From the human T2T-CHM13v2.0 reference genome, Homo sapiens, in assembly GCA_009914755.4 (NCBI GenBank), contig CP068257.2, positions 37,536,001 through 37,600,000 of the forward strand: a stretch of 64,000 bases of DNA, written 5' to 3'. Every line of letters starts with the position of its first letter. Positions within the stretch are counted from its first letter, which is position 1. The notes under the pieces are model-generated. The model was not told the DNA's origin. It saw only the letters and a list, made by a program, of their open reading frames with translations, and did no database searches. Position numbers and translations under genes: made by a program. This document shows, piece after piece, positions 1 to 14,062 of the stretch.

Positions 1-419
1 GTCTCACGGTACTGTCTTGGTCCTCAAGCCCTCGTGGTAGTGAGAGGTCTGTCAGTAGCTTCTAGACTCTAGAGGCTTCCTCACTTACATCCAAGGAGAG
101 GGAACTTCTCTTTCCTCAGCCACTGAACGAAAGCCTTGGGCTTGCCTCTGCTTGGACTGATATGCTCACTCCTGAACTCATCACCATGGCCCAAGGAATT
201 CAATGTGCAGACTGGCTTTCGCTGCTCAGGTTCGAGCCCACTCAAGCCCCGTAACTAGGAATGTCTGGGTCCTGTTAGGAAAGGGGAGCGGCTGCATGGA
301 GGCTGAGGAGGTGGTCTGGGAGGCCTGCTCCAGGGCACAAGAGAGGAGCCCTGATCTCACTCTTCATTACTAAATGTAGCAGGTGGCTCGGGCTAACCTA
401 ATGAAATTCCAAGCACTGG

Positions 420-960
420 GTGCCTTAAACAAACAGAAAATTATTTTCTCATAATTCTGGAGGCTGGAATTCCAGGATCGAGGTACCAGCAGGGCTGGTT
501 TACGGTGAGGCCTCTCTCCTCATTGGCAGAGCGCACCTTCTCCCTGTGACCTCACATAGTGTTTTCTCTGCGCGCCTGCAGAGAAAGGGCTCTGGTGTCT
601 CTCCTTCTTCTTCTAAGGATATCAGTCCTGTTGGATGAGAGTCCCACCCTTATGACCTCATGTAACCTTTGTTACCTCCTTACAGGCCTTTCCTTCAAAT
701 ACTGTCACAGTGGGTGTGGTGGGGGACATAATTCAGTCCATAACACCAGAAAAGGGGCAAAGCTTTGCAACTCCGCCTGCCCTACTCAGTTCTAGCCAGC
801 AGAGCTGCAGAAAGATCACTGATGAGACTGAACTCCAGCCCAAAGGTTCCGCACTGGCCCTGACAGGAAAGGAGAGAAGGGAGGGTCACACACCCCAGCA
901 GTTCTATTATATATCCCACTCAGCTAAGATGGAAGACTTGGAAAAATAACTGTCTCATTG
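420..960 (+). repeat. Ancient interspersed repeat, family unassigned. A second copy of the same family is at 11490-11830.
   Basis: Shared core ...cataattctggaggctggaattccaggatcgaggtaccagcagggctggtt.../...cacagttctggaggctgggaagtccaagatcaaggtgccagcaggtttggt..., a very common mammalian repeat that I cannot name confidently. Confidence 0.45.
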
Positions 961-1114
961 GTAATGAAAGGATTAGGATAGTGGTTGTCTGCTATGACGC
1001 AAATGCAGTGGCCACATCCCAAGAACTGTGCTTTTAAGCTCCAAAGCAATCAAAGTCAGGGAAAAATGGTCATTGAAAATGAAAAATAAAACTATGTCTG
1101 AAAAATAACCCAGA

Positions 1115-1423
<309 letters not shown>

Positions 1424-2439
1424 TTAAATCCAGGAAATAGGAACTTATAAATATGATTGGACTTTCCCTCCTGCAATGTGTTGACGTGTTAGCCCCAAGG
1501 ACTGTTCTCCACATCACGGAAGCATGGATCCCATACAGCCCCCACCCCCTCTCTCGGCATCTTCTTCCCCATTCTCCCCAAGTGCTGAATGCAGGATGTA
1601 TCCTTCCCTGACTGCAGAAATCTCTCCACACCTCCTTATCCAGGCTTGCCCTGCAGGACAATGGTTCTTCCTCCTCGACGCGTCACCATCCTGCTGTCCA
1701 CACAACTCCCAGCCTCCCAGAGGCCTCAGGGAACAGAACTGTCACCCTGAGAGATGTCCACCCGACAGGAGCCTCTGTGGCTGGAGACGTCCAAGCCAGG
1801 TAGTGTAGATTCTCACTATTCATCATAGTGACCGTGTAGAAGTCACCACGGACACTGAATTAGGAAACACTGAACCTCTGCTCCACAGGAAAATATGTGC
1901 ATATATTCAGTATACACATATCTCACACACATAGAGTCAAGATTAAATCCTAAGACAACGCACCCAAGTAGATTCTATTTTATTTTACAAGAGAAAAAAA
2001 ATGAGGTTCAGAAGAGTTAAGTGACTCAGCAGAAGCTGCCCCACTAACAGGTGCCAGAATTAGGATTTGACCCTGTCCAACTGGCCCAGAGCTGGAGCTT
2101 CCCTCCCATCTCCCCCTACAGGCCATCTATGTATGAGGCTGAAACAACTGGGCAGAGTATGGCCTGCTTCAACCTCAGGTGGAAACATGCGTATTGGGGA
2201 CCTCAGAATTTTCACTGTTCTGTGTGTGTCTACTCAAATGACCACTAATTGTCCCAAAGTATTGATTTGGAGGTTACAAATAAATTTTAGCAAATAGGTA
2301 AATTTTCAAATATGGAACGTGCAACTGTACTTTTCTGCCACCATGTCATAGCCTGAACAAAAATCAGCCTCCTCAGGATGGACAATCTGTAAGGGTGGCT
2401 GCCCCGAGTTTGCTCATTCAAAGCTAGGACCTGGGTGTT

Positions 2440-2870
2440 AGACCCAGGCATCTACCAGGTTGGTTCCTCACTGCTATAGCTTGAATGTCTGTCCCTTCTA
2501 AAACCCGTGTTGAAACTTAATCCCCAGTGTAACAGTATTAGGAGGTGGGGCCTTTAAGAGGTGACTGGGTCATGATTCACCCATTTATGGATTGAAGGAT
2601 TTGTGGGTTATCATGGGAGTGGACAGGTGGCTGTATAAAAAGAGGAACAGATCTGAGCAAGCACTCTCAGCCCCTTTTTCATGTGATACTCTGAGCTGCC
2701 TTGGGCCTCTGCAGAGGCCCCACCAGCAAGAAGGCTCTCACCAGATGCAGCCCTTCAACTTTGGACTTCCCAGCCTCCAGAACTGTAAGAAATAAATTGC
2801 TTTTATAAATTACCCACTCTCAGATATTCAGTTATAGCAACAGAAGATAGACTAAGACGCTCACTGACCA
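2440..2870 (+). mobile_element. Solitary MaLR LTR (MST/MLT-type)
   Basis: ...ttcccagcctccagaactgtaagaaataaattgcttttataaattacccactctcagatattcagttatagcaacagaagatagactaagac is a typical MST/MLT1 3' end. Confidence 0.6.
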
Positions 2871-3119
2871 CAAAATACAAGGACAGAAACTGCATCCCTT
2901 GCCCATCACTGCCTCCTGAGCAATTGGAAGTAAGCACATGCCAAAGAGCAGACAGAGGAAAATGAAGGATCCAAATCTTTAACTCAGATCTTTAATCCTT
3001 GTTATAAAGATTAACAAAAGATTTGATGAGCATACCTGACTGCTCATTCTAAATTGAGATCCAAGGCAGACACATCTAAGAATGAAACAGAGTGGGTCTC
3101 CTTTTCATAATTCATTCAT

Positions 3120-3525
3120 TTGGAGTCTGTATTAGTCCATTCTCACACTGCTATAAAGAACTACCTATGACAGGTTAATTTATGAAGAAAAGAGGTTTAA
3201 TTGACTCATAGTTCCACAGGCTATACAGGAAGCATGGCTGGGAGGCCTCAAGAAACTTACAATCATGGCAGAAGGTGCAGGGGAAGAAAGCATGTCTTAC
3301 CATGGTGGAGCAGGGGAAAGAGAGAAAGAGGGAGAAGGGGGAAGTGCTACATACTTTCAAACAACCAGATCTCATGAGAAGTCACTCACTATCATGAGAA
3401 CAGTAAGGGGGAAGTCCATCCCCATGATTCAATCACCTCCCACCAGGTCTATTCTTCAACACCTAGGGTTTACAATTTGACATGAGATTTGGGTGGGGAC
3501 ACAGAGCCAAACCGTATCAGAGTCT
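3120..3525 (-). mobile_element. Solitary ERVL-MaLR LTR (THE1-type)
   Basis: Reverse complement of ...gcagtgtgagaatggactaatacag / tgatacggtttggctctgtgtccccacccaaatctcatgtcaaattgtaaaccctagg..., the THE1 consensus ends. Confidence 0.7.
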
Positions 3526-4869
3526 TTTCCCCCTAAGTATGTAAGTAATCCACTCTCAATATTGAAAACTTTTTTTAAAAAAAAGTAAAAACAAAAAACT
3601 ACCAAAGCTTTTTTTAACTTCTGACTTCTTACATCTTTTGCTCCTGTTTAATGAGTTCCCTATCACCTAAAAACAACGACTAAAATTTAAGCAAATATTC
3701 TTTCAATTTTTTTTTGCCCACAGCGTTTGCAGTGGTGACTGAGGCCTGTTTTCCTCATAAATCCCCGATCCCCATGCCATGTAAACAGATGACACCCCAA
3801 AGTCTGGAGAATAGGAGTTAAACTCTGGGCACTTACAGTCCCAAGATGTGAGGTCTTGGTCTACTCAGAAAGATGAGAAATACAAGATCAGCCTGAACCA
3901 GTTCTTCCCATCCCCAGAGATGGGATTAAAGGATGTCTGGACAAAGAATAGGGAGACAAAGAGCACAGGTGTGTTGCTGGGGTCCCTGAGTATACCCCAC
4001 TTTGGAAGCCAGGACTAGGCAGAGGGTGAGATCATAGAATCCCATGATCAGAGGACAGAGCCCAGCAAAGTGTCTGACCCCAGAATTTGCATCAGACATG
4101 CTTATAATTGAATTATACAAGAAACAGAATGGGCTCCCTGCAGTGGGAGCAGAAGAAATACCTTCCTGTGGTGTCAAGAAGCTAAGCCTGAAATGGTCCT
4201 CACTGTCCCTGGACACCCCTCAGCAAGCCAAGCACATCTGAATGCATCCCTCTGTGGCAGAAATAGCCCTAAGAGGTCCCTGAGGTCAGCACTTGGAGAA
4301 CATGGATCAGTCACCACAGTGGCAAGAATGGCCACAAGGCTGTGTCCATAGATGCCAACACAAAAGGTTGAAAATGAGCCTTCCCATTGTAGCTTCCTCA
4401 AGACTATTGCCCTGGGTCAGTCCCTGACATGGGAGCACATCCAGGGAAAGGGGCCATTTCTGAACTGGCAGAAATCTCTTCCTGTCATGGTGCAACGTGG
4501 GCCCGAAAGAGAGGCTAAAATCCAGTTATAGAAAAGTAAAGCACATGTATAGGCCCTCGGGTCTGGGGGCTGAGATTTGCACCCACTACTCACGTATCCA
4601 AACACATGACCTTTCTCCTTTTCAAAGATGGTACCCTCCTTAGACACAGTGTGTTCTGATAGTTCTAATTCCTACTTGCTGATAAATTCCTGAAAATCCC
4701 GAAGTGCTGGGGCTAAAATTCTGCTTCTAAACCGTGGGAATCCCCTGGGCTTGTTTTCTTTTCTCATGTTCTCCGCATGTGTCAGCGTCTTGTTTTGGGC
4801 CCGACTCCCAACTGCAGAGAGCCCTTACCTTTGCTTGGAGGCACATGGAAGGCAAAGTCTTCCAAGGCT

Positions 4870-5045
4870 GAGGGTTTTTTTGTTTTCTGTTTTTAGAGTG
4901 GGGGTCTCGCTCTGTCTCCCAGGCTGGAGAGCAGTAGCGTGGTCATAGCTCACTGCTTCAAACTCCTGGGCTCAAGCCATCCTCCTGTCTCAGCCTCCTA
5001 AGTAGGTAGGGCTACAGGCACACACCACTACACCCAGCTAATTTT
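4870..5045 (-). mobile_element. Alu fragment (right arm), abutting the SVA
   Basis: Poly-T start followed by the antisense Alu right monomer. Confidence 0.7.
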
Positions 5046-5069
5046 TTTATTTTAAAAGAAAATTTTAGC

Positions 5070-6791
5070 TCCCTCTCCCGTCTCCCTCTCCCTCTCCCTC
5101 TCCCGTCTCCCTCTCCCTCTCCCGTCTCCCTCTCCCTCTCCCTCTCCCGTCTCCCTCTCCCGTCTCCCTCTCCCGTCTCCCTCTCCCTCTCCCTCTCTCT
5201 CTCCCTCTCCCATCTCCCTCTCCCTCTCCTTTCCACGTTCTCCCTCTCATGCCGGGCCAAAGCTGGACTGTACTGCTGCCATCTCGGCTCGCTGCAGCCT
5301 CCCTGCCTGATTCTCCTGCCTCAGCCTGCCGAGTGCCTGCGATTGCAGGCGTGCGCCACCACGCCTGACTGCTTTTCATGTTTTTTTGGTGGGGACGGGG
5401 TTTCGCTGTGTTGGCCGGACTGGTCTCCAGCTCCTAGCCGCGAGTGATCCGCCAGCCTCGGCCTCCGGAGGTGCCGGGATTGCAGACGGAGTCTCATTCA
5501 CTCAGTGCTCAATGGTGCCCAGGCTGGAGTGCAGGGGCGTGATCTCGGCTCGCTACGGCCTCCACCTCCCAGCCGCCTGCCTTGGCCCCCCAAAGTGCGG
5601 AGATTGCAGCCTCTGCCTGGCCGCCACCCCGTCTGGGAAGTGAGGAGCGTCTCTGCCTGGCTGCCCATTGTCTGGGATGTGAGGAGCCCCTCTGCCTGGC
5701 TGCCCAGTCTGGAAAGTGAGGAGCGTCTCTGCCCGGCCGCCGTCCCACCTGGGAAGTGAGGAGCGCCTCGTCCCGGCCGCCATCCCATCTAGGAAGTGAG
5801 GAGCGTCTCTGCCCGGCAGCCCATCATCTGAGATGTGGGGAGCGCCTCTGCCCCGCCGCCCCGTCTGGGATGTGAGAAGCGCCTCCGCCCGGCCGCCCCG
5901 TCTGAGAAGTGAGGAGACCATCCGCCTGGCAACCGCCCCGTCTGAGAAGTGAGGATCCCCTCCGCCTGGCTGCCACCCCGTCTGGGAAGTGAGGAGCGTC
6001 TCCGCCCAGCAGCCACCCCGTCCGGGGGGGAGGTGGGGGTCAGCCCCCCGCACGGCCAGCCGCCCCGTCCGGGAGGTGGGGGGCGCCTCTGCCCGGCCGC
6101 CCCTGCTGGGAAGTGAGGAGCCCCTCTGCCCAGCCAGGAGCCCCTCTGCCAGGCCAGCCGCCCCGTCCGGGAGGGAGGTGGGGGGCTCAGCCCCCCGCCC
6201 GGCCAGCCGCTCCGTCCGGGAGGGAGGTGGGGGGGGGTCAGCGCCCCCTCCCGGCCAGCCGCCCCGTCTGGGAGGTGTGCCCAACAGCTCATTGAGAATG
6301 GGCCATGATGACGATGGCGGTTTTCTGGAATAGAAAGAGGGGCAAGGTGGGGAAAAGATTGAGAAGTCGGATGGTTGCCGTGTCTGTGTAGAAAGAAGTA
6401 GACATGGGAGACTTTTCATTTTGTTCTGTACTAGGAAAGATTCTTCTGCCTTGGGATCCTGTTGATCTGTGACCTTACCCCCAACCCCATGCTCTCTGAA
6501 ACATGTGCTGTGTCCACTCAGGGTTAAATGGATTAAGGGCGGTGCAAGATGTGCTTTGTTAAACAGATGCCTGAAGGCAACATGCTCGTTAAGAGTCATC
6601 ACCACTCCCTAATCTCAAGTACCCAGGGACACAAACACTCTGCCTAGGAAAACCAGAGACCTTTGTTCACTTGTTTGTCTGCTGACCTTCCCTCCACTAG
6701 TGTCCTATGACCCTGCCAAATACCCCTCTGTGAGAAACACCCAAGAATGATCAATAAAAAAATAAATAAATAAAATTAAAAAAAAAAAAAA
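5070..6791 (+). mobile_element. SVA retrotransposon: (CCCTCT)n hexamer, Alu-like region, VNTR, SINE-R, poly(A)
   Basis: (CCCTCT)n and CCCGTCT at 5070-5255; antisense Alu-like segments 5255-5600; roughly 35-50 bp VNTR units (ccgtctgggaagtgaggagcgtctctgcc...) 5600-6290; HERV-K-derived SINE-R 6290-6765; A-rich tail 6766-6791. Candidate 10-bp TSD AAAAGAAAAT at 5054-5063 and 6789-6798. Confidence 0.85.
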
Positions 6792-7012
6792 GAAAATGGA
6801 TTAATATAATTGTCATGTTAAAAAGTTAAAAGAAAAAAGTTAGAGGATCTTCTTCATAACTACTACAATAATTTAACATTTTATTTCAGATTAATAACTC
6901 AATAAAGTTTACACAGATGGAAATTTACTAAACATGATACATTTATATCAGTATATTTGTGTTTGTCTTCGCTAAAAAAAAAAAAAAAAAAAAAAGAAAG
7001 AAAATTTTAGGT

Positions 7013-7612
<600 letters not shown>

Positions 7613-10600
7613 TCTCTATGATGGGGCTAAGCTGAGAAGAGGTGGTTGGATATTTAGGAGGAAATGGCCTCTGGTGAGTTAGGCCTGCCTCACCCACCTT
7701 TACAGAATATTCTTCCAGAAGTGCTGGAGCAGAAGGACAAGAGACAGGACAGCAACTTAAAGGACTAGCAAGGTAGAAAGAAGGCTAGGGGTTTCTAGAA
7801 CAGGAAAGAAGAAAGAGTCCCATGGAGAGAAAGAGAATTAAGTTTCAGTCAAAAATCTAAACAGATCATGAATTAAAAAGTAGAAATGCTTTTGGGGTTA
7901 TAAATAACATCTACGATTGCTGAATAAGGATTTCTTATCTCAAAAGTTCAACTCTTTCTGCGAACTTGCAATAACAATTGCACATTTTAATCCTTTAAAG
8001 CTCGCTGTGGCTATGAGCAATCAGATGTAAATGGCTGTATTTCCTTTGGAACAAGTACACTTTGAGCTATTTTGGTATCAGTAATGTTTCATATGGGTTT
8101 CACAATGTATAGACATAAATATATGAACAATCTCCCAGTTCCTATTAAGAGATTGAACAGATGGCCAAGTTATTAATATGTGGCTTAAACCCAGCACTCA
8201 GACATCTGAGAACACGCATTGGATTCCTGAGGCGTCACAGCAATGCTCAGCAGGCTGGCTGCCACATGGTGGCCCAAGAAGCAGGTGCTTGTTATAAACA
8301 TCAAAGCCCCACATCTGACCCAATGGAGACACCCCTGTTCAGAGTACTTGCAAGGCAAGACCAACATGTGCGAGCTCAGAGTCCAGCAGTGGCCCATGGC
8401 CCCTCAGAAGGCCCTGGAGGTGCCCAAGCTCCACCTGCCCATGGACCCCACCGCAGGCCAGCTCTGGCTCAGTCCCTGGGGCTTGAGCCTAACAGACAGG
8501 GCAGGCCATGCTGCCTGCCCATTCTGGGGCCCCTGCCAGGCCCAGTATCTCCTGAAGTTGGAGGCATTCTGGGGCCAAAGAGAGAAGTCCAACATCTCCA
8601 GGGGTGAGCCGAGAAACCAACCTGGACTGCCAGAACTGCCAGGCCTGCCTGAAGGCAGGGGTTTTTCTTGGGTGGGTGGGTTGGCACGAAGTGTTTGCCA
8701 TTGGGATTATCAGTCAGGCCTAGCAGGTAGAGCCGTCTGGAGTCTAACCTGATGCAGCAGGTAGACACTGCGTGCACTGGATGGCTCCTTGGCCCTCAGC
8801 AGCCTCAGTCAGAGGAACTGACGCTCCCAGAAGACCAGCTTCCAAGTACCATTTTGCTGTCTAAAGCACATTTCTGTGACAAGTTCTGCAACTTTCGGTG
8901 TATCTTACTCTTAGCAAAACAACTCCCAAAATCCTTAGTCTAACATGCTCTGAGCCACAGCCCACATGACCTTGAATTTCCTTTCCAGTACAACTTGAGA
9001 GTAGAACCTAGAGCCATGCTCTATGAAGGCTCCCACTCAGTTTTGAAATTGATGCAGCAGGAAACACGTTCTGGACGAAGACTTTTGAATTCAGACAAGG
9101 GCGATGAGTGTCCAGAGAGCCAGGTACGAAGTTCACAGAAGCTGTGATCAGAACACATCCGCAGGACTTGGAGAGATCACAACTCAACAACCTTGTCTAA
9201 CGCCAGTCTGGTTGGCCTGGTGCAAACTGGGCTGGCCAACGTCTGGCCCTCTATGCTGAGCCCACCCACAGTGACTTGAGATGCAGAGATTTGTGATGCC
9301 GGTATCTGCTGAGGCAAGGAATCTTGTTCTTTGCGGCCATTTCCCTCCCTGCAAAGTTGTTTCCTCCAGGAGCCCCAGGGTTTCTGTTCCTTCTGGGTTA
9401 TTCCAGCTGTAGGGCCCCAGAACCATGGCATCCTCTGCGCCATCAGGGCCAGGGGGGACTCCATGTGCCCATAGGTGGTCTTCTATGCCGACGTCTGCTG
9501 CCATAATTCCTAGAGGGTCCAACTAGCCTTGGGCAAAGTCAAATCAACCAGCTGGCTCTGCAAGCTCTGAACACAGAGCTGAGTCTGAATCCACTTCTTT
9601 CTTAACATCCATGAGCCTTGGTGCCCTCGTTTGAACAACAGGCCTCATCTCTAGGCCTGTTTCAAGGATGATATCAAAGGATGGCAGAATGCACCATCCC
9701 AATATGCCACTTTGGCACAAGGAACATTGACTCAAAGGAACTTAGAAAAACCGCAGGTCCAAGAAGAGCACTCTGACCCCAACCCCACCCACTTACCACT
9801 CTTTTTTTTCCCTAGAGGTAGGAAATAAAACTTCCATGTGAAAGGCACCCTCCCTTTAGCGGGAGGAAAGGATGATTCTTATCACTAGAAGCAGGGAGTC
9901 AAAGCTCCAGAGTATTTTGAACAAACAGACTTCGTGAAATAACTCTTATCTTCCTTTCATTTCCCCACTTATCTTACTTTTCACAATTGCCTCTCTTTGT
10001 TCAACCCAGTAGCTAAGCACTTGGGTTTTGCCACTTCTTTGGGTCTTCATTTTCCTATGGGGACTCTCGTGTACGTGTAAAAATCTGTGTGCTTTCCTCG
10101 TGTTAATCCTTCTTGTGCCAATCTGATTTCAAGGCCTAGCCGGGGACCCTAAGAGGATGGAAGTAGTTTTGCTTCCCCTACAATATGAAAGGACAAATCT
10201 AAAACTGTCTAGACACTATGTCTAGTGCACTGCAGGGAATTAAAAAGCATCAGTTTCCTTCTCTCCTGGTTAATCTCAGTAGCTCCTTTTTAGGATGGTG
10301 GCATCCACAAATGGCAATGAAGATGCAGGAAGGAGAGGGAGATTTTGTTTATATTGCTTGTCCTTTTTCCAAATAAGTAAAACTGACATTTCTGGCTTCT
10401 AAAATTATCATTTCCTACAAGTAACTATACTGAATTGGCTTCATTGAAAACCTTTTATGTGCACTTTCTCTCACAGATTTGTTATAACGAAACCAAAGGC
10501 AATACAAATAAATCTGCCGATAACCCTGGATTACTTTTATTGTTAACAGTAATCAAAATGATCGCACTTTCATCTCCCTTCGTTTCCTTTTCTAAGGTGT

Positions 10601-11127
10601 TAATGAGGAGTGACATCACCCTGGAATTTCACTAAAGATAAAATATAATTTACAGATTATACTGAGACAAGGCTTCTATTTGTGGTTAATGGAGTTCATT
10701 TAAACAGCGCCAGATTGTTCTTGAGTTAAAGAGGTCACCAAATAGGGGCTGGTGATATTTTTCATGTTCAAAATGTTTGTGGTAATTGTATATAATGTGA
10801 TAGGAGTGGACCACAAATTGGATAACCAGTACGGAGGTATTCTAAAGTCAGATTATTAAATCAAGAAGCTACCCAGAATTAGATGGCATGGCATGCAAAT
10901 TGAGTTCCTTCTGCCACCAAAGGCTCCCAGCCCAGTCTCATCTATCTAAGCTTTTCTTGAAGCTTGATTTATCAAGAGAGTTCCAATGCTGGACCCATTT
11001 CTCTACCCAAAACCCAGAATTCCAGGCAGTCATCGGTGCTCTCCTTCTCTTTCTCCTTTCATCTTTCTCTACATCCTCCTTCTCTTTGACCCTCTTCCAA
11101 CCCAAATTAAGACTGCAAGATTTGACC

Positions 11128-11400
11128 AAGGCTGGTGGCTCACACCTGCAATCACAGCACTTTGGGAGGCCAAAGTGAGAGGATCACTTGAGGCCAGGAG
11201 TTTGAGGCCAGCCTGGGCAACATAGTGAGACACCATCTCACTATGGTGGCATCTCAGCATGGTGGCACACGTGCAGTCCTAGCTACTCAGGAGGCTGAGG
11301 TGGCAGGATCACTGGAGTCCAAGAGTTCAAGGCTGCAGTGAGCTATGATGGCGCCATGGCACTCCAGCCTTGGCAACAGAGACTGTCTTCAATTAATTAA
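11128..11400 (+). mobile_element. Alu
   Basis: ggctggtggctcacacctgcaatcacagcactttgggaggcc ... with A-rich tail. Confidence 0.85.
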
Positions 11401-14062
11401 TAAAATAAAAACTAAAAGACTGCAAGACTTGAACACAACTCAGGAACGAGTCTCCATTGGCAAAAACAAGATAGAAACTGGATTGGGTAATTTATCATGA
11501 ATGGAATTCTGCATAAATGTCCTGGCTCACAGTTCTGGAGGCTGGGAAGTCCAAGATCAAGGTGCCAGCAGGTTTGGTATCTGGTGAGGGCTTGGCATCC
11601 ACTTCCAAGGTGGTGAGGAATTAACTCTTTTCCTCACATGGCAGAAGAGCCAAGAAAGAGCAAGAGGGGGCCGAAATTGCCCTTTCATAACACCACCAAT
11701 CCCACCGATGAAGGGGTAACCCTTATGGCCTAACCGCCTCTTAAAGCTTCCAGCTCTTAATATCATCACAATGGCAATTAAGTTTCGACATGAGTTTTGG
11801 AGGGGACAGACATTCAAACCACAGTGCCATTTGTGTTCATTCTGCTTTTTAGTTTTCTCCAGAAACTACTGGCCTTCAAATTAGTAATTTACTGGCATGA
11901 ATATAATTACAAATTATATACCTCTAAATAATTATTGATCTGTTACTCATGATTTCAGTATAAAGTATGCAATATACAACTCATTTGACCAACCAGTACA
12001 TGCTAAGTCCAATGATTGAGCATCAATCCTCATTTTCCTTGGTGTATCAGTTGCACTAAACCCAGGTGAGCCATCCTTCCTGCTTCAACACATTCTTCAC
12101 CAGGCTTCCAGGAAACTAGGAAACCATGGTTTCATCCTACCTCCCATGGGCTCTTCTCCATCTCCTGTCATCTCCCTGACCATGTGACACTGCAGAGCCC
12201 CAGGGTTCATCCCTTGGTCCTCCCTCTGTACTCATTGCCTGCTTATCTCTACCAAGCCCACAGCACTGTATGCGATCTCTTCAGACAGCTCCCATTTTTA
12301 GCCTCCCCAACTGCCTACTCAACAACTTCACTTGAATGTCTAGTTGACTTCTCAAACTTGATGTATACAAATCAGAATGTCTGGGTTTCTGTCTACAGCA
12401 TACCCCCATCTCAGCTAAAATAACTCCATTCCAGTTGCTCAGACCACACATTTGATATCAATTTGGTTCCTCCCATTCATACCTACATCTGAGCTGTTAG
12501 CAAATCCTATTGGCCAGATTAATCAGAGTGGTTAATGGAATGGTATAGATACAAGGGGTGAATACTATTGGAATACAACTCTTCATGGGTCACTCACATT
12601 TCTGCATTTCTTGAGAGCAGAAGTACTCTCTCTTCAAGGCTGTTTGTATAGCAAACAGTCTTAGAAGATAGAGATGCTATCTCCTAGATCAAAGGGCAGA
12701 TTTGCTATGTGGTAAAATAAGAGAGAAAAGGGCAGGTTTGCTTGTCCATCATAAAAGATTTGAATTCCCTAAGTTCAAGGTTCCTCAGCTGTGACACAGA
12801 GCTCCCACCTGGACTCTTCATCATCCCTGTAGGACTTAGGGGACAAAGGATGCTGACAAAAACATGAAGCACACACTTCTTGCTGTCCTGTAAGAAAATT
12901 CTCTGTCTCTAACCCAGAAATGGGTGAAATCTGTCAGTCAGTTTGCAAGTAAGGCACAACCCCAGACCCTTCAGTTCTATGACTTTCGGAGCACAGAGTG
13001 GGCTTATAATTAGATACAAAGAAAGCTCACAATGTTTTTAAGGGTATTGTATTTCAGGCTTTCTTCTTTCTATGGATAAGAAAGCTCCTCAGGTGGCAAC
13101 AAAGGCCATTTCTTTGGAAGCAGGCATGGCATGTGACGAAAAAGACATCTCAGAAAAGAGCCAAGAATAAGACTGGAGAGCCACTGTCAGAGAACAGAAA
13201 CTGGGCTTAATCAAGGAACATCTCTTGTTCCCAGAGTAGGAGGCTGGCAATATTTTCTCACTGAAATTTCAGAATTGTTATGGACCAGTGACTGCTCTAT
13301 GTGTTCTATTTGTTCCCTTTTCAAATGGAAGCATTTATTGCAGACGACCTGCCTCTGTCCCACCATTGTGTATTAGGTTTGTAGAGTGTAGACAACTTGC
13401 CTTTTTAGTTTGTAGGTTTCTGTATCAAGAGAAGATGTGTGTGGGCCTAACCTAGATTACAGGATCCTGGACTTCAAGTCTGATATAATGACTGGATGAG
13501 ACTTTGACTGTCCTAGAATTGGGATGAACATATTTTGCCGGTGGGAGGGCGTGAGTAATTGCGGTTAGAGGGCAGACTGTCCCTCACACCTATTCCTTTT
13601 CATGGTGCCTTCCCAAACTGCCTCTGGAGGTGGCCACACAAATGGCTTTGGCCATTGTGACCATGGGAAACTTGATGCAGAGGCTGGAAAAAGCACTTGC
13701 ATGTTTCTGTCTCCTCTCTTGTTCCTCTACAATCACAAGAAATGTCTAGGCAGGTCTGAGCAGGCCCAGGCTCATCTGCCATGGAAGAAGAATGGCACAT
13801 GGAAGAGGGTCACATTGTCCCAACCAAGACGATCCCAGACCAGCCAGGCCCCAGTTCATGGTTCAAGACACATGAACATAGTTGCATGAACCAAGATTAG
13901 TTGTGTATGGCCCAGACTAGCAGCAGCACCCATCCAACCTACAGACTCTGAGAAATAAATACTAGTTGTCTTAAGCTTCCAAGTTTCAGTGTGAGCATTA
14001 GGTAGTAACAGTTAATGAATAAGACAGATAATCATTTTATCTGTCTGGATACTTATACAATG

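Noticed and set aside
5553-6605. 350-aa ORF on the minus strand (also 5789..6292, 5989..6333), Pro/Arg/Gly-rich
   Set aside because: It lies entirely inside the SVA VNTR / Alu-like region. It is a repetitive GC-rich open frame created by roughly 35-50 bp tandem units, not a gene.
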